This document shows positions 28,812-39,369 of a DNA stretch of 64,000 bases, piece by piece; the stretch's first letter is position 1; each line of letters begins with the position of its first letter. The notes under the pieces were generated by a model, which made no database searches, was not told where the DNA came from, and saw only the letters and a list, made by a program, of their open reading frames with translations. Both the position numbers and the translations under genes were made by a program. Origin of the DNA: Candidatus Dojkabacteria bacterium (lineage in GTDB: Bacteria; Patescibacteriota; Dojkabacteria; JAOAGR01); NCBI GenBank assembly GCA_026415655.1, contig JAOAGR010000004.1:67236-131235 (forward strand), in the 5' to 3' direction.

Positions 28812-30275
28812 ATGACAAGAACAATAAAAAAACTAAACTGGTGGATACAAAGTAAGATCAGTTCGCTTCTTTATCCAATAGATGACTCATTGACTTATAT
28901 AGGTGTTACTGGTACAGATGGAAAAACAACTACATGTAATTTTTTATATGAAATAGCCAAAAAACATGGATTTGTAGTTTTGATGATAACTACTGTGGGA
29001 GCTAACTTCTATTTTAATGGTAAAGAAGAAGTTGTAGATTTTAAGTTACATTCAACATCTTATATTTCTTTTGTATTTAAGCATTTTATTAAAAATATAA
29101 AAAATGGAAAATTCATTGAGGCATTAACACCTACTTATAAAAAGTATGATAAATATACTGCAGAATATCACCGCACTACTCCACTGGCTTATGAGATCAG
29201 AAAAATGATAAGAAAATATGTTGACCGCGGCGCAAACATGATTATTTTAGAATCTACATCCCACGCATTGGATCAATATCGTATTGCTGATATTAAATTT
29301 GACGTTGCAGTTTATACAAATATTACACACGAACATCTTGATTATCATGGTACCTATGAGAATTATGTAAAAGCCAAAGCTAGACTAATGACTATGTTAA
29401 AAGATGATGGTTTTGTCATTTTAAATAAATCAGATCAGAGTTTTGATTTTCTCATATCATATGCCAATAAATATAAAATTCGTCATGTAGATTATCAGTT
29501 TGATGAATATCAAGATCTCGATCCAAAAAATTTCTGGATTAATTTTTATGAAAATTATACTGTTATATCAAAGAATAAAGATAAAAAAGCTAAAGATAAT
29601 ATAAATGTTAGTTTAAATATCGAAGGAAAATACAATATTTTCAATGCAGGAGCAGCAGCAACAGCATTTTATTATTATTTCGATAAAAAGCCTGAATATA
29701 TATCAAGTGGACTTTCGCATCTAAAAACAATATCGGGTCGTATGAATATCCTATCGAAGAATCCAGACATAATAGTTGATTTTGCACATACACCAAACGC
29801 CATGAAAGTTATTCTTCAAGAAATAAAACAGAGAACTAAAGGGAAATTGTGGGTAGTGTTTGGATGTGCCGGCCTTAGGGATGTGGAAAAAAGATACTTG
29901 ATGGGTGAGATTGCGGGAAAATATGCTGATTGTATACTGGTTACTGCAGAGGATCCACGTACTGAACGACTAGAAGATATTAATGATCAAATCATTAAAA
30001 ATGGAATATTAAAAAATAAAGATATTAGATACAGGATACTGAGATACAGAGTAAATATGGATCTTTCTACTGATATTGGTGAAAAATTGGTTATTAGATT
30101 CGATAAAGATGATATCTCTTCACGTACCGATGCCATAAAACTTGCTATTACAAAGGCAGAGAAGAATGATACTGTACTTATATTAGGCAAAGGTCATGAA
30201 AAGACGATGTGTTTTGGAGAAAAAGAGATACCTTATAATGATATAGAATTTGTTAGTCAATTAATAAAAAATTAG
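28812..30275 (+). CDS. murE: Mur-ligase-family enzyme, MurE-like.
   Basis: ATP-binding motif GVTGTDGKTTT. DFAHTPNAM resembles the MurE DYAHTPDAL signature. Typical Mur-ligase length. Confidence 0.55.
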   Translation: MTRTIKKLNWWIQSKISSLLYPIDDSLTYIGVTGTDGKTTTCNFLYEIAKKHGFVVLMITTVGANFYFNGKEEVVDFKLHSTSYISFVFKHFIKNIKNGKFIEALTPTYKKYDKYTAEYHRTTPLAYEIRKMIRKYVDRGANMIILESTSHALDQYRIADIKFDVAVYTNITHEHLDYHGTYENYVKAKARLMTMLKDDGFVILNKSDQSFDFLISYANKYKIRHVDYQFDEYQDLDPKNFWINFYENYTVISKNKDKKAKDNINVSLNIEGKYNIFNAGAAATAFYYYFDKKPEYISSGLSHLKTISGRMNILSKNPDIIVDFAHTPNAMKVILQEIKQRTKGKLWVVFGCAGLRDVEKRYLMGEIAGKYADCILVTAEDPRTERLEDINDQIIKNGILKNKDIRYRILRYRVNMDLSTDIGEKLVIRFDKDDISSRTDAIKLAITKAEKNDTVLILGKGHEKTMCFGEKEIPYNDIEFVSQLIKN

Positions 30276-30623
30276 TTTATTGATTAATATTTACATTTCA
30301 ATGTTTTAAATCTATTTTAATTAACTAGAGTTTTACGTAGAATATTAGTTAGATAGTAATTACACATTAGAAAATAAGATTAATCATAGAATTTATATAA
30401 ATAAAGGAGTGATAATTATTCCCTAATTACAGTATTTATTAAAGTTAGGAAAATAGAAAATACATTACAAATTTTAATATATTATTTTTTTTAAATTTAG
30501 AGACATTTCTTACTTTTATAGATTGATTATTTAAAAATAAGAATATAGTTTATTATCTATTTTTAAATTCTGATAAATAATCTAATATTGATTAGGGCAT
30601 TTTCCATAAACAAGGTGTTAATC

Positions 30624-32171
30624 TTATTCATACATCCACTCATATTCATTATTATCATTTTCCACCGGATCTATATAAAATAAATCATCATCTGTTGTAT
30701 TAGTTGTTTGGTTAAATAAGTCTTGAAATTCTGCAATTATCTCCTTAATAATATCAACAATTGATATGGCGTTTGATGGGACTAGTATTTCTTCTTTTTC
30801 TATCTTTATTTCATAATCTAAGGAGATATTAAATGAAAGTTCTTTTACTTCGTTGCCGACTTCAGATAAATCGTTGATATATTTTCTTCCTTCATCATTT
30901 ACATTTACTGTAATATCCATTTTAGTTATCATATTAATCGACGGTAAAACATACATATATACATCAAATTCTATACCTTTTGCTATGTCAGTGATTGTTT
31001 TCCTTATTTCGTCTGCATTTTCTTTTGCATTTTCACGTAGCTGATTTATTGCCTCCTCATTACATAATAAACCTATTTCATTTTCACAATCCTTTTTTGT
31101 CGAATGTAAGCTTCTGGTTTGGATAAGTATTTCCGGTATACTGTTGATGTAATCTGCAATATAATTTGCTAATTTTTGGTTATCAATTTTGAGCCTATAT
31201 TTAAGATTTGATAATCCATTTACATTTTCTCTACCTAGATATTCGATTTGTGCATAGTCTGCAACATTGGATGTTACTTTATTATTAAACTCTCTGAGTA
31301 AGATAGATGCAAATTCACCATACCAATCTTCATTTTCAAAAAGAGGCTGTTCCTGATATTCATCATCCAGCAATGATTTATAGTACTCTTCTATCTCCTT
31401 TGGATCAATTTTTATAAACGTATTTAAATACTTTTCAAACATACCTAAACTCTCTTCAATATCAAAAAATTCTTTTACTTCATCTGGTATATACAATTTA
31501 AAATATGTAGCTGCATTCGTATCTTTGATATTGTATATGTTTGTCAACTTAACAGGATTAGAGTCAAAATCAAGATTAACTGCACCATACGACAGTTTAC
31601 CACCTAGAGCACTTTCACTTTTTGCTAACTGATCTGATAAATTATAAATTACTCTCGTTTTGAAACTGTTACTACCTCTTATTTCTTCAGCTTCATAATT
31701 AATCACATATTTGATACCGAAGTTTGTATTTGCGATCAATGATCCTTCAAATTTTTGTACATTTCTAGCTTTTCTCAAGAGTTCTGAATCCAACTCCTTA
31801 AAAGTTAAGGCATCCCTTACTATTTCTTCATGAGTTTTACCAAGATTATTTATTACAGGAATTTTCTCTGTTTCAATGAACTGATTATAAAAGGCTAATT
31901 CGTTAGCTTTGCCGCGATTTGCGCTGATTATGGCTAGACCGACTATACCTAATATTAACACTATTACAATTATTATCGTTAGTACAACAGATGCTATTAA
32001 AAATATATTTTTATTTTTTTTCACGTTTGTAACTGGTATGTTGTTTTGGGGATTTAGTTGATTGTTTTGTTGAGGTTGATTTGCTTCTGAATTGCTTATT
32101 ATATTTCTATCTGTATTGTCTGATATATTGTTTGAATTGTTTAATGTATTATCCATATCAATATTTACCAA
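30624..32171 (-). CDS. Hypothetical type-II membrane protein (N/Q-rich N-terminus, TM helix, and a roughly 420-aa extracellular domain).
   Basis: 515-aa ORF. N-terminal NNSNNISDNTDRNIISNSEANQPQQNNQLNPQNN, then TM segment IFLIASVVLTIIIVIVLILGIVGLAII. Confidence 0.55.
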   Translation of the reverse strand: MVNIDMDNTLNNSNNISDNTDRNIISNSEANQPQQNNQLNPQNNIPVTNVKKNKNIFLIASVVLTIIIVIVLILGIVGLAIISANRGKANELAFYNQFIETEKIPVINNLGKTHEEIVRDALTFKELDSELLRKARNVQKFEGSLIANTNFGIKYVINYEAEEIRGSNSFKTRVIYNLSDQLAKSESALGGKLSYGAVNLDFDSNPVKLTNIYNIKDTNAATYFKLYIPDEVKEFFDIEESLGMFEKYLNTFIKIDPKEIEEYYKSLLDDEYQEQPLFENEDWYGEFASILLREFNNKVTSNVADYAQIEYLGRENVNGLSNLKYRLKIDNQKLANYIADYINSIPEILIQTRSLHSTKKDCENEIGLLCNEEAINQLRENAKENADEIRKTITDIAKGIEFDVYMYVLPSINMITKMDITVNVNDEGRKYINDLSEVGNEVKELSFNISLDYEIKIEKEEILVPSNAISIVDIIKEIIAEFQDLFNQTTNTTDDDLFYIDPVENDNNEYEWMYE

Positions 32172-32454
32172 ATTTTAACTTTAATATCAAATTTGGTTCT
32201 TTTGTCATAATTTATGAAATAATTTTTTTCTTAATAAGGTTCACGGATAAAATTATTAAAAGTGTATATTGAAAATAACTTTTAGTTACGTTCGAAATAG
32301 AATTATTGACATAAAGCTTGATAAGATTTTTGGAATTTATAATTTAATCTTAATAATTTTTTGTATTGAATATTTCGTTTGATTAATCAAACTAAAGCTA
32401 ATTTTTTTAATATTTGATAAATTATTAAAGCAGACTTATTTGAATTAAATTGTT

Positions 32455-33066
32455 ATGAAAAATCTGATATATATTATTTTGGTAATTTCGGTGCTGATAA
32501 TATCGTTTATTGTTTATGCTTTTATTACTCCTTCCGTTATACAAACAGAAGAAAAGTTCGGTCAGATAAACTTTAAATCACTTTCTGGTGAGTATGATCT
32601 ATATTGGAATAACCAATATATTGGTTCTGTGAATGAAGGAGAAAATAAAACGTTTTTCAAACTAAGAGCTGGGACATTTGCATTAAAAGTAATCAGAAAA
32701 AGTCCGATTAAAGATTTTTTTTATGAATTTAATAAAAATTTAACACTTTTACCAAACAGTGAAATGGTAATGGAATGGGAGGCTGGACCAACTATAGAAT
32801 CCAGTTCTGGGGTATTAAAGTATTTTGTTCAGTCAGCTAAGCCAAATATAATAATTAATACCTATCCTAACGAGGCGTCCGTTTACTTAGATGATCAATT
32901 AGTAGATAAAATATTACCAATTGAGAATATAAAAAAGGAAGCAATATGGTTGAAAGTAAAATACAAAGAGGGAGTTGAGGAAAAAACTGTATTGATAAAT
33001 ACAAAATTTAATGGAAATATAAGTATGATAGTGGAGGTATATTTGTATATACAGCCATTTGTATAA
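32455..33066 (+). CDS. Hypothetical secreted or anchored protein, possibly with a PEGA-like beta domain.
   Basis: 203 aa, N-terminal TM or signal. INTYPNEASVYLDDQLV resembles the PEGA motif. Confidence 0.35.
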   Translation: MKNLIYIILVISVLIISFIVYAFITPSVIQTEEKFGQINFKSLSGEYDLYWNNQYIGSVNEGENKTFFKLRAGTFALKVIRKSPIKDFFYEFNKNLTLLPNSEMVMEWEAGPTIESSSGVLKYFVQSAKPNIIINTYPNEASVYLDDQLVDKILPIENIKKEAIWLKVKYKEGVEEKTVLINTKFNGNISMIVEVYLYIQPFV

Positions 33067-33068
33067 TT

Positions 33069-34841
33069 ATGTTTTTTAAGAAGAAACCGACAATTTTAAT
33101 AATAAATAGTGCTAATTACTTCGGAAGTAGACTTGTTGATGTATGTTTATATAATGGTGCTTATGTTATTTCTGTAGATGATTTCACAGAGGAAAAACTT
33201 CCCTATATACGCCAATTTGCAAAATCCAAGGATTATATTTTTATAGATAAAAATAAGTTCGACAATATCTTTCAAGAATATGAAAGGATAGATCATGTGA
33301 TACACCTATTTCATGATAACAATTCGAGAAACGATGAAATAACATCAAAATATTTTTCCGAGAATACAATATTTTTTGAGCAGGTAATGCAATTGGTTAC
33401 CAAGAAGCAGTCCCGTTATATAATAACTACAAGTCTGCATCTACATAAAGATCTCATAACATATAGATCGCATCTTAATACTGAAGAATCCTATACTCAG
33501 GCAGATTTACAATTTTTTCTGGAAAAATCAGTAAAAGAGTATTACAAAAAATTTAAAATCAAGTCTACAATAATTCGTTTTGGAAATATTATCGGTCTTG
33601 AGATAGATCTAAAAAGCGATGAAATTTTACATTCTCTTGTAAGACAATCTGTAATGAACGAAGAAATCATAATTCATGGCGATGGATTGGAGTTTATGTA
33701 TTATGTTTATATAGATGATGCAATAAGAGGATTGTTAAAAACATTATTTATTAAAGAAACATACGGACGGATATATACTATCACTTATCCTGAAGAGATT
33801 ACTGTTTTGTCAATTGCAAATAAGTTATTAACATTTGATGGAAAAGCTAAAAGATTAAGATTTATACAAGATCAGTATTCTCAAAATCCTCTTTTTGAGC
33901 GGGCATACATACCAGATAAAAATCTTTATGATCTTGGATGGACGCCACTAGTAAGTTTTGATAAAGCCTTGTTTAAGCTTTTTTGCCACTATCGTGATAC
34001 TTTGGTGCGAGAATACGCATTAGAGCTAACAGATATAAGTCGAATTGATTATAATGCTAAATCAGAGAAATCATTTATTTTTGATAAGCATGATGATGAG
34101 GTATTAGATTTATCAAATATTTATTTTTTGACGGAGGAGAAAGATGCTGATGAAATGGTAAAATTAACTGATTTCCAAAAAAAACTTAATAGTATAAATA
34201 GACCCATTTATAATCGGCTATTTTCAGAAAATACTTCACAAATCAGTCATTCGAAGGACAGTATAAAATCTAGAGTCATTCTATCTACTGTGGTTGTTTT
34301 TCTTTTATTAATTGGGTTATTGTCGATATTTGTGTTTTTTCCTTTTTTAATGACATACTATAATTCATCGCGCATCTTTGCAAGCGCGGAGATTATCTCT
34401 TTAAGTTTGCAGACACAAAGATTAGACTCTATAGAGAAAAGTTATTATGCTGAGGATGTAGAAAAATATACGATAATTTATTCGTTGCTTAGAGAAAATA
34501 TAAGATTTTTGCCGGATATCGAATATTTTACAAAGGTAAAACTTTATGGAGATGCGTTGGATAAGCTAACAGTATTTATTATTGATTATAGAGAGAGAAA
34601 TATTGAGGATCTTTTGGCCACGGGACGTATACCAGAAAATAAACTGATTGAAATAAAGGATATATCAGTAAGATTAAAAACATTGATAGTAAATTTTTCT
34701 TCACTGACTCAAGATACAAATATCCCACTAGATGTTCGTGATGATATAAATCGCATCTATCTGTGGTTACAGTCGAAGGATCAAGAAATAGATGCTATAT
34801 TGTCACAGGGTACAGAAAATAATTTCTTAGAGGGGTTTTAA
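33069..34841 (+). CDS. Fusion protein: degenerate NAD-dependent epimerase/dehydratase-like Rossmann domain, a TM helix, and a C-terminal domain of unknown function.
   Basis: N-terminal ILIINSANYFGSRLVDVCLYNGAYVISVDDF in place of a GxGxxG motif. TM segment VILSTVVVFLLLIGLLSIFVFFPFLM near aa 400. Confidence 0.45.
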   Translation: MFFKKKPTILIINSANYFGSRLVDVCLYNGAYVISVDDFTEEKLPYIRQFAKSKDYIFIDKNKFDNIFQEYERIDHVIHLFHDNNSRNDEITSKYFSENTIFFEQVMQLVTKKQSRYIITTSLHLHKDLITYRSHLNTEESYTQADLQFFLEKSVKEYYKKFKIKSTIIRFGNIIGLEIDLKSDEILHSLVRQSVMNEEIIIHGDGLEFMYYVYIDDAIRGLLKTLFIKETYGRIYTITYPEEITVLSIANKLLTFDGKAKRLRFIQDQYSQNPLFERAYIPDKNLYDLGWTPLVSFDKALFKLFCHYRDTLVREYALELTDISRIDYNAKSEKSFIFDKHDDEVLDLSNIYFLTEEKDADEMVKLTDFQKKLNSINRPIYNRLFSENTSQISHSKDSIKSRVILSTVVVFLLLIGLLSIFVFFPFLMTYYNSSRIFASAEIISLSLQTQRLDSIEKSYYAEDVEKYTIIYSLLRENIRFLPDIEYFTKVKLYGDALDKLTVFIIDYRERNIEDLLATGRIPENKLIEIKDISVRLKTLIVNFSSLTQDTNIPLDVRDDINRIYLWLQSKDQEIDAILSQGTENNFLEGF

Positions 34842-34844
34842 ATT

Positions 34845-36545
34845 ATGAAAGCAGACATTTTTTTAGAATTTGCAATTATTTTACTTTTATCAGCATTTTT
34901 GGGTTTTTTATTCGTAAAAAATAAACTTCCAGCACTTTTGGGCTTTATTTTGACCGGGCTCATCATAGGACCATTGACACCCGGTTTTTTAGAACCGAAC
35001 GAAGAAAGTATAGATTTGCTATCCAAAATAGGTGTTGCAATGCTTTTGTTTACTCTAGGTTTAGAGTTAGATCTTGATGAATTAAAAAAACTAGGAAAAG
35101 TTGCTTTTGCTACAGGTATAGGACAGATTGTTTTTACTAGTATTGTTGGGATAATGATATGTCTTGCTATGGGATTTTCTCTAGTTGCATCGCTTTATAT
35201 AGCTATCGGGCTAACTTTTAGTTCTACGATAGTAATTATTAAATTATTGAGTCAGATAAATCAACTTGATAGTTTGTGGGGAAAGATAAGTGTTGGGTTT
35301 TTACTGGTACAGGATTTTGTGGCAATACTGATTTTGATAATAATCTCCACACTTAGTGGGATCTCAAATATTTATGATCCAAATATCATTTTTCCAATTT
35401 TACTTACCTTTGTTAAGGCGCTGATAGTTGGTACTGGTGTATATTTATTTACTAGGTTTGTGATGTTTCCTTTATTAGATTCATTGAGATTTGAAAAAGA
35501 AATTTTATTCATTATTTCCGTTGCATGGGCTATCGGTTTGGCTGCGTTTTTGGGATCTGAATTTATAGGTTTCACAATAGAAGTTGGAGGGCTGATCGCT
35601 GGTATAGCTTTGTCATCACGTTATGAATCATTACAAATAGAAAATTGGATAAAGCCACTAAGAGATCTTTTTCTAGCAATATTTTTTGTGTCATTGGGGA
35701 TGCATATCAAATTTGATTCTATTGTAGATGCAGTATTACCATCAATCATTTTTAGTTTATTTGTACTTATAGGTAACCCTTTGATCGTTATGTTGATTAT
35801 GGGATGGATGGGGTATTCGAAGAAGGTGGGATTTTTGACATCCCTTGCAGTGGCTCAGATATCAGAATTTAGTTTAATCATAACAAATTTTGCCTATACT
35901 AAGCTTGGTATATTGGACAACACTACACTAACAATTATGACATTGACTGGCGCAATAACTATGGTTGTTTCCTCTTATTTGATTTATTACAATCTCAAAA
36001 TCTATGAAAAAATACAAAATTTATTAAGTATTTTTGAATTTAAAAAGAAGAAAGCACAAGAGATAGTTACTGAAAAAGATTCGTATGAAATAATACTTGT
36101 GGGGTGTAAGAGGACTGGTCGAAATATAATATATAAAAATAAAAAAAATGATATCTTGATTATTGATCTTGATATTCATAATGTAAAAAGACTAAAGCGT
36201 GAAGGATACAATGTTTTGTACGGCGATGCAGCTGACAATCTACTTTGGGATTCAATAAATCTAAGAAAGACCAGGTTAGTAATCAGCACAGTACCAGGTT
36301 TGCATGAAAATAAAACTATTATTCGTAATGTAAAGGCCTATGACTCATCAATACTTGTGGTAGTTGTTTCATCAAATGAGCATGACACAAAACGACTTTA
36401 TGATCTGGGAGCTGATTTTGTGGTATTTCCAAATCTTGTGGCGGGGGAGCTTATAAATTCGATCGTAAAGCATAAAGTATTGAAAAAATCACATATTCAG
36501 AGTCGTAGAAAGCATATTGAATATCTAGATAAAATCACCATGTAA
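34845..36545 (+). CDS. CPA2-family monovalent cation:proton antiporter with a C-terminal TrkA-N/RCK domain (Kef-type).
   Basis: Polytopic Na+/H+-exchanger-type N-terminus. Rossmann-like IILVGCKRTGRNI and a TrkA-N-like C-terminal region. Confidence 0.8.
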   Translation: MKADIFLEFAIILLLSAFLGFLFVKNKLPALLGFILTGLIIGPLTPGFLEPNEESIDLLSKIGVAMLLFTLGLELDLDELKKLGKVAFATGIGQIVFTSIVGIMICLAMGFSLVASLYIAIGLTFSSTIVIIKLLSQINQLDSLWGKISVGFLLVQDFVAILILIIISTLSGISNIYDPNIIFPILLTFVKALIVGTGVYLFTRFVMFPLLDSLRFEKEILFIISVAWAIGLAAFLGSEFIGFTIEVGGLIAGIALSSRYESLQIENWIKPLRDLFLAIFFVSLGMHIKFDSIVDAVLPSIIFSLFVLIGNPLIVMLIMGWMGYSKKVGFLTSLAVAQISEFSLIITNFAYTKLGILDNTTLTIMTLTGAITMVVSSYLIYYNLKIYEKIQNLLSIFEFKKKKAQEIVTEKDSYEIILVGCKRTGRNIIYKNKKNDILIIDLDIHNVKRLKREGYNVLYGDAADNLLWDSINLRKTRLVISTVPGLHENKTIIRNVKAYDSSILVVVVSSNEHDTKRLYDLGADFVVFPNLVAGELINSIVKHKVLKKSHIQSRRKHIEYLDKITM

Positions 36546-36583
36546 TTGTCTTAATTTTCATTTACTAATATAATAATAACCAA

Positions 36584-36676
36584 GGAGAGATACCCAAGTG
36601 GCTGAAGGGGCGGGTTTGCTAAACCTGTAGTAGGGGGAAACCCCTAGCGAGGGTTCGAATCCCTCTCTCTCCGCCA
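36584..36676 (+). tRNA. tRNA-Ser, anticodon GCT, long variable arm, CCA encoded.
   Basis: Manual fold: GGAGAGA-TA-CCC-AAGTGGCTGAA-GGG-G-CGGGT-TTGCTAA-ACCTG-[TAGTAGGGGGAAACCCCTAGC]-GAGGG-TTCGAAT-CCCTC-TCTCTCC-G-CCA. Confidence 0.85.
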
Positions 36677-38113
36677 ATCGGAACGGGCTTTGTTTTGAGC
36701 GAGTATGTCAAAGGGTTCGATCCAGTCCCAATGCAGTTTTTTATCCATCAAAACAAAGTTCGAGCCGACAATATTCAAGAGTAACTTCCTATCCATACTA
36801 TCCCCTTCACTGAATGCCCAGAATGCCTGATTAGCGACAATTATCAGTCCTTCAAAATGTTCGACCCATTTGTTTTCGGCTTTTCTACATTCCTCCAGAT
36901 TTTCGACAGCTACTAATTCATCATTTTCAATTTCAATTCTTTTTTCTTCAAAAAGTACATCATCAATTTTCTGATCAGTAAAAAGATCTACAAGTTTACG
37001 TTTTCGTTCTTGGAGTTTTCTACGTTCATTCGTCCAGTATTCCAGAGTATGAGCATGAAGATCATATTCATTTTTATTACTTTCTTTCAAAGTTCTAAGC
37101 ATTAAATCTCTAACTTCATCATCTATGGAAATACTGTCTAGTGTGTCCTGAATTTGTTTCTCCAGATCTTCAGCTCTGATGTATTTTTGCTTACATGTCC
37201 CTTTCTTTTTTGTGCACCGATAATAAGTATGTCCTTTTTGATTCTCTGCAGTAATAGCACAGCCACATTCTCCACAGGTTAAAAGACCAGTGTATGCAAA
37301 ATCTTTTTTCTCTTTTTTGAACTCATCGGGCTTTCCATTGCTTTTGATAACTTTCTGAATTTGTAAAAATGTTCCCATGCTTATCATTCTGTGGTGGTTT
37401 CCTGGATATCTCTTACCGTTATAAACCATAATTCCTGCATAAAAAGGATTTGTAAGTATTCTTTGAACCGAACTTTTTGATAATTGTTTCCCTCGAATTC
37501 CTACTAATCCCCAGCTCTTTGCTAAATCAGATATCTCTTGAAGAGTATATTTCCCTAAAGCATATGTATCAAAAATTCTTTTAACCAGATCAAACTTTTC
37601 CGGATCTGGAAGTATCTTTTTATTTACAACATCGTTTTTGTATCCTAGCAATGCCCAAGTAGGCCATTCACCATTACGGAGTTTTTCTCTAATTCCTCTT
37701 TTAACGTTTTGACTCAGATTATCAACATAATACTTAGATTGGTTAAACGCCATTCCAAGAGTGAATTTTCCTTGAGGAGTATTGTCAGCCCAGTAAGTTG
37801 GAAATTTTAACTCTTTTAAAAGTCCCACGTCCATCAAGTAAATAATTTTACCTCCATCGACAGAATTTCTAGCGAGCCTGTCTGGATGCCATGCAATTAT
37901 TCCATCTGCTTCACCTTTTTCTATCGCCAAAAGCATACTATTAAAAATCTCCCTACCTGGTTCTTTTGCTGTTTTAGACTCATGGAGAATTTTATGGACA
38001 ATCAGCTTATTCGTTTTGGCATATTCAATTAGCTCAGTTTCCTGAGCTTTAATAGACTGGATTTGCCGATTGTCTTCGTCAGTAGATTTTCTGCAATAGA
38101 TAAAGTATTTCAT
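36644..38113 (-). CDS. Large serine recombinase (integrase): resolvase catalytic domain, recombinase domain, zinc ribbon and coiled coil.
   Basis: Catalytic-domain motifs AIYCRKSTDEDNRQ..SIKAQ and DGIIAWHPDRLARN. Zinc ribbon CGECGCAI...YYRCTKKKGTC. The 3' end overlaps tRNA-Ser by 33 nt. Confidence 0.85.
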   Translation of the reverse strand: MKYFIYCRKSTDEDNRQIQSIKAQETELIEYAKTNKLIVHKILHESKTAKEPGREIFNSMLLAIEKGEADGIIAWHPDRLARNSVDGGKIIYLMDVGLLKELKFPTYWADNTPQGKFTLGMAFNQSKYYVDNLSQNVKRGIREKLRNGEWPTWALLGYKNDVVNKKILPDPEKFDLVKRIFDTYALGKYTLQEISDLAKSWGLVGIRGKQLSKSSVQRILTNPFYAGIMVYNGKRYPGNHHRMISMGTFLQIQKVIKSNGKPDEFKKEKKDFAYTGLLTCGECGCAITAENQKGHTYYRCTKKKGTCKQKYIRAEDLEKQIQDTLDSISIDDEVRDLMLRTLKESNKNEYDLHAHTLEYWTNERRKLQERKRKLVDLFTDQKIDDVLFEEKRIEIENDELVAVENLEECRKAENKWVEHFEGLIIVANQAFWAFSEGDSMDRKLLLNIVGSNFVLMDKKLHWDWIEPFDILAQNKARSDWRRERDSNPR

Positions 38114-38115
38114 GT

Positions 38116-38763
38116 TTAGAAATAATCCTGAATAGTAATTTTTTTAATCATCTTCCCTACGACACGGAAATTTGGATCATTCACTTTAATAGGTTTGAAG
38201 TCCTCATTCGCTGGTTCAAGAATTACATAGTCACCTTTGCGAAAAAAGAATTTTAATGTTGCATTGCCGTCAAGCATAGCGACAACAATATCTTTATTAT
38301 TAACAATTGCGTGCGGATCAATCAGAATATAGTCACCGGGAAGTATTCCGGCATCTTTCATTGAAAGCCCGTCTGCCTGTAAGGCAAAGAGGTCTTTTTT
38401 CTTTGCAAGTCTCTCGTCATATGGGAGAGGAATAAACTTTTCGGATTTCTCGATTGCCTCTTTTGGCGTTCCGCACGGAACTTCTCCAAGTAGTGGAATC
38501 CTCATCATATTCATGAAAATATTATGCTCTTGTATCCCCATCTCCATCAGAGCAGCTTTCTGTTTTAGTTTTAAAAGCTCTTCCAGGTCTATTTCAAGAG
38601 CAGGAGCAAGTCTTTCAAGTGTTTCATCTTCAGGAAAAACCTTTCCGCTTTCAATATCAGAAATGTAGCCATTATTTTTCATTCCAAGTCTTCTTGCGAT
38701 TTCGGATTGGGAAAACCCTCTATTCAGACGTATTTCTTTAAATAAATCTCCAAATGTACTCAT
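38116..38763 (-). CDS. LexA/CI-like repressor: XRE-type HTH plus S24 autopeptidase domain.
   Basis: HTH segment FSQSEIARRLGMKNNGYISDIESGK. S24 motifs GLSMKDAGILPGDYILIDP (Ser) and GNATLKFF (Lys). Confidence 0.8.
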   Translation of the reverse strand: MSTFGDLFKEIRLNRGFSQSEIARRLGMKNNGYISDIESGKVFPEDETLERLAPALEIDLEELLKLKQKAALMEMGIQEHNIFMNMMRIPLLGEVPCGTPKEAIEKSEKFIPLPYDERLAKKKDLFALQADGLSMKDAGILPGDYILIDPHAIVNNKDIVVAMLDGNATLKFFFRKGDYVILEPANEDFKPIKVNDPNFRVVGKMIKKITIQDYF

Positions 38764-38785
38764 AATTAATATTCTTTATAGATTT

Positions 38786-38818
38786 TATAGTGTACTCGCT
38801 ATAGTGTCAACGCTATAT
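38786..38818. promoter_or_regulatory. Direct repeats TATAGTGTACTCGC / TATAGTGTCAACGC / TATA in the divergent CI-cro intergenic region. Candidate repressor operators.
   Basis: Read directly: tatagtgtactcgctatagtgtcaacgctatat, between the repressor start (38763) and the cro start (38943). Confidence 0.35.
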
Positions 38819-38942
38819 TTTAAATTTAATAAATTAGACTAAGTTATTGATAATAAAAGATAAATTAAAATCTTTATCCTAATCCTATTTAAAAATTTTT
38901 GCAAACATCTTAGAGAGGATATATATTCTGCACGATACCTAT

Positions 38943-39173
38943 ATGAGAAGTGCTATACCTCTAAAAATTCGCAATAAGCTCAGAGAAATCCGAGTAAAAA
39001 AGAAAATGACTCAGTCACAGGTTGCCTTCAAATGTGGGTTGGCTTTGAGTACTTATCAAAATATTGAAAAAGGCAAGTCTCAGCCCAGCTTGAAAACAGC
39101 CTTGCTGATTGCAAAAGCACTCGATTATCAGGTTGAAAAGCTATTTAGAGTCGAAATTTACCAGCATGACTAA
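38943..39173 (+). CDS. Cro/XRE-like small HTH regulator.
   Basis: KKKMTQSQVAFKCGLALSTYQNIEKGKSQPSLKTALLIAKAL is an HTH_3/XRE fold. Divergent from the S24 repressor. Confidence 0.75.
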   Translation: MRSAIPLKIRNKLREIRVKKKMTQSQVAFKCGLALSTYQNIEKGKSQPSLKTALLIAKALDYQVEKLFRVEIYQHD

Positions 39174-39369
39174 GAAAGAAATTATTCAAAAAGAAAAAGA
39201 ACGGAAAAAGTTTCTGGCTGATGTCAAAAGAGTTTTTGAGAAAAGATACGGTGAACCTTTATCTGATGAAAGAGTCGAAGCAATCGCCAAAAGACTAATG
39301 ATGTTCACTGCACTTTGTCACAATATTTATTCAAAACAGCAGGGAAAGGAACCAATGTACCAGCTATGA
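39166..39369 (+). CDS. Hypothetical small basic protein. The likely real start is the internal ATG forming ATGA-type coupling with cro (ATGACTAA).
   Basis: The track ORF is 39109..39369. Met20 lies at 39166 and overlaps the cro stop. Confidence 0.4.
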   Translation: MTKKEIIQKEKERKKFLADVKRVFEKRYGEPLSDERVEAIAKRLMMFTALCHNIYSKQQGKEPMYQL

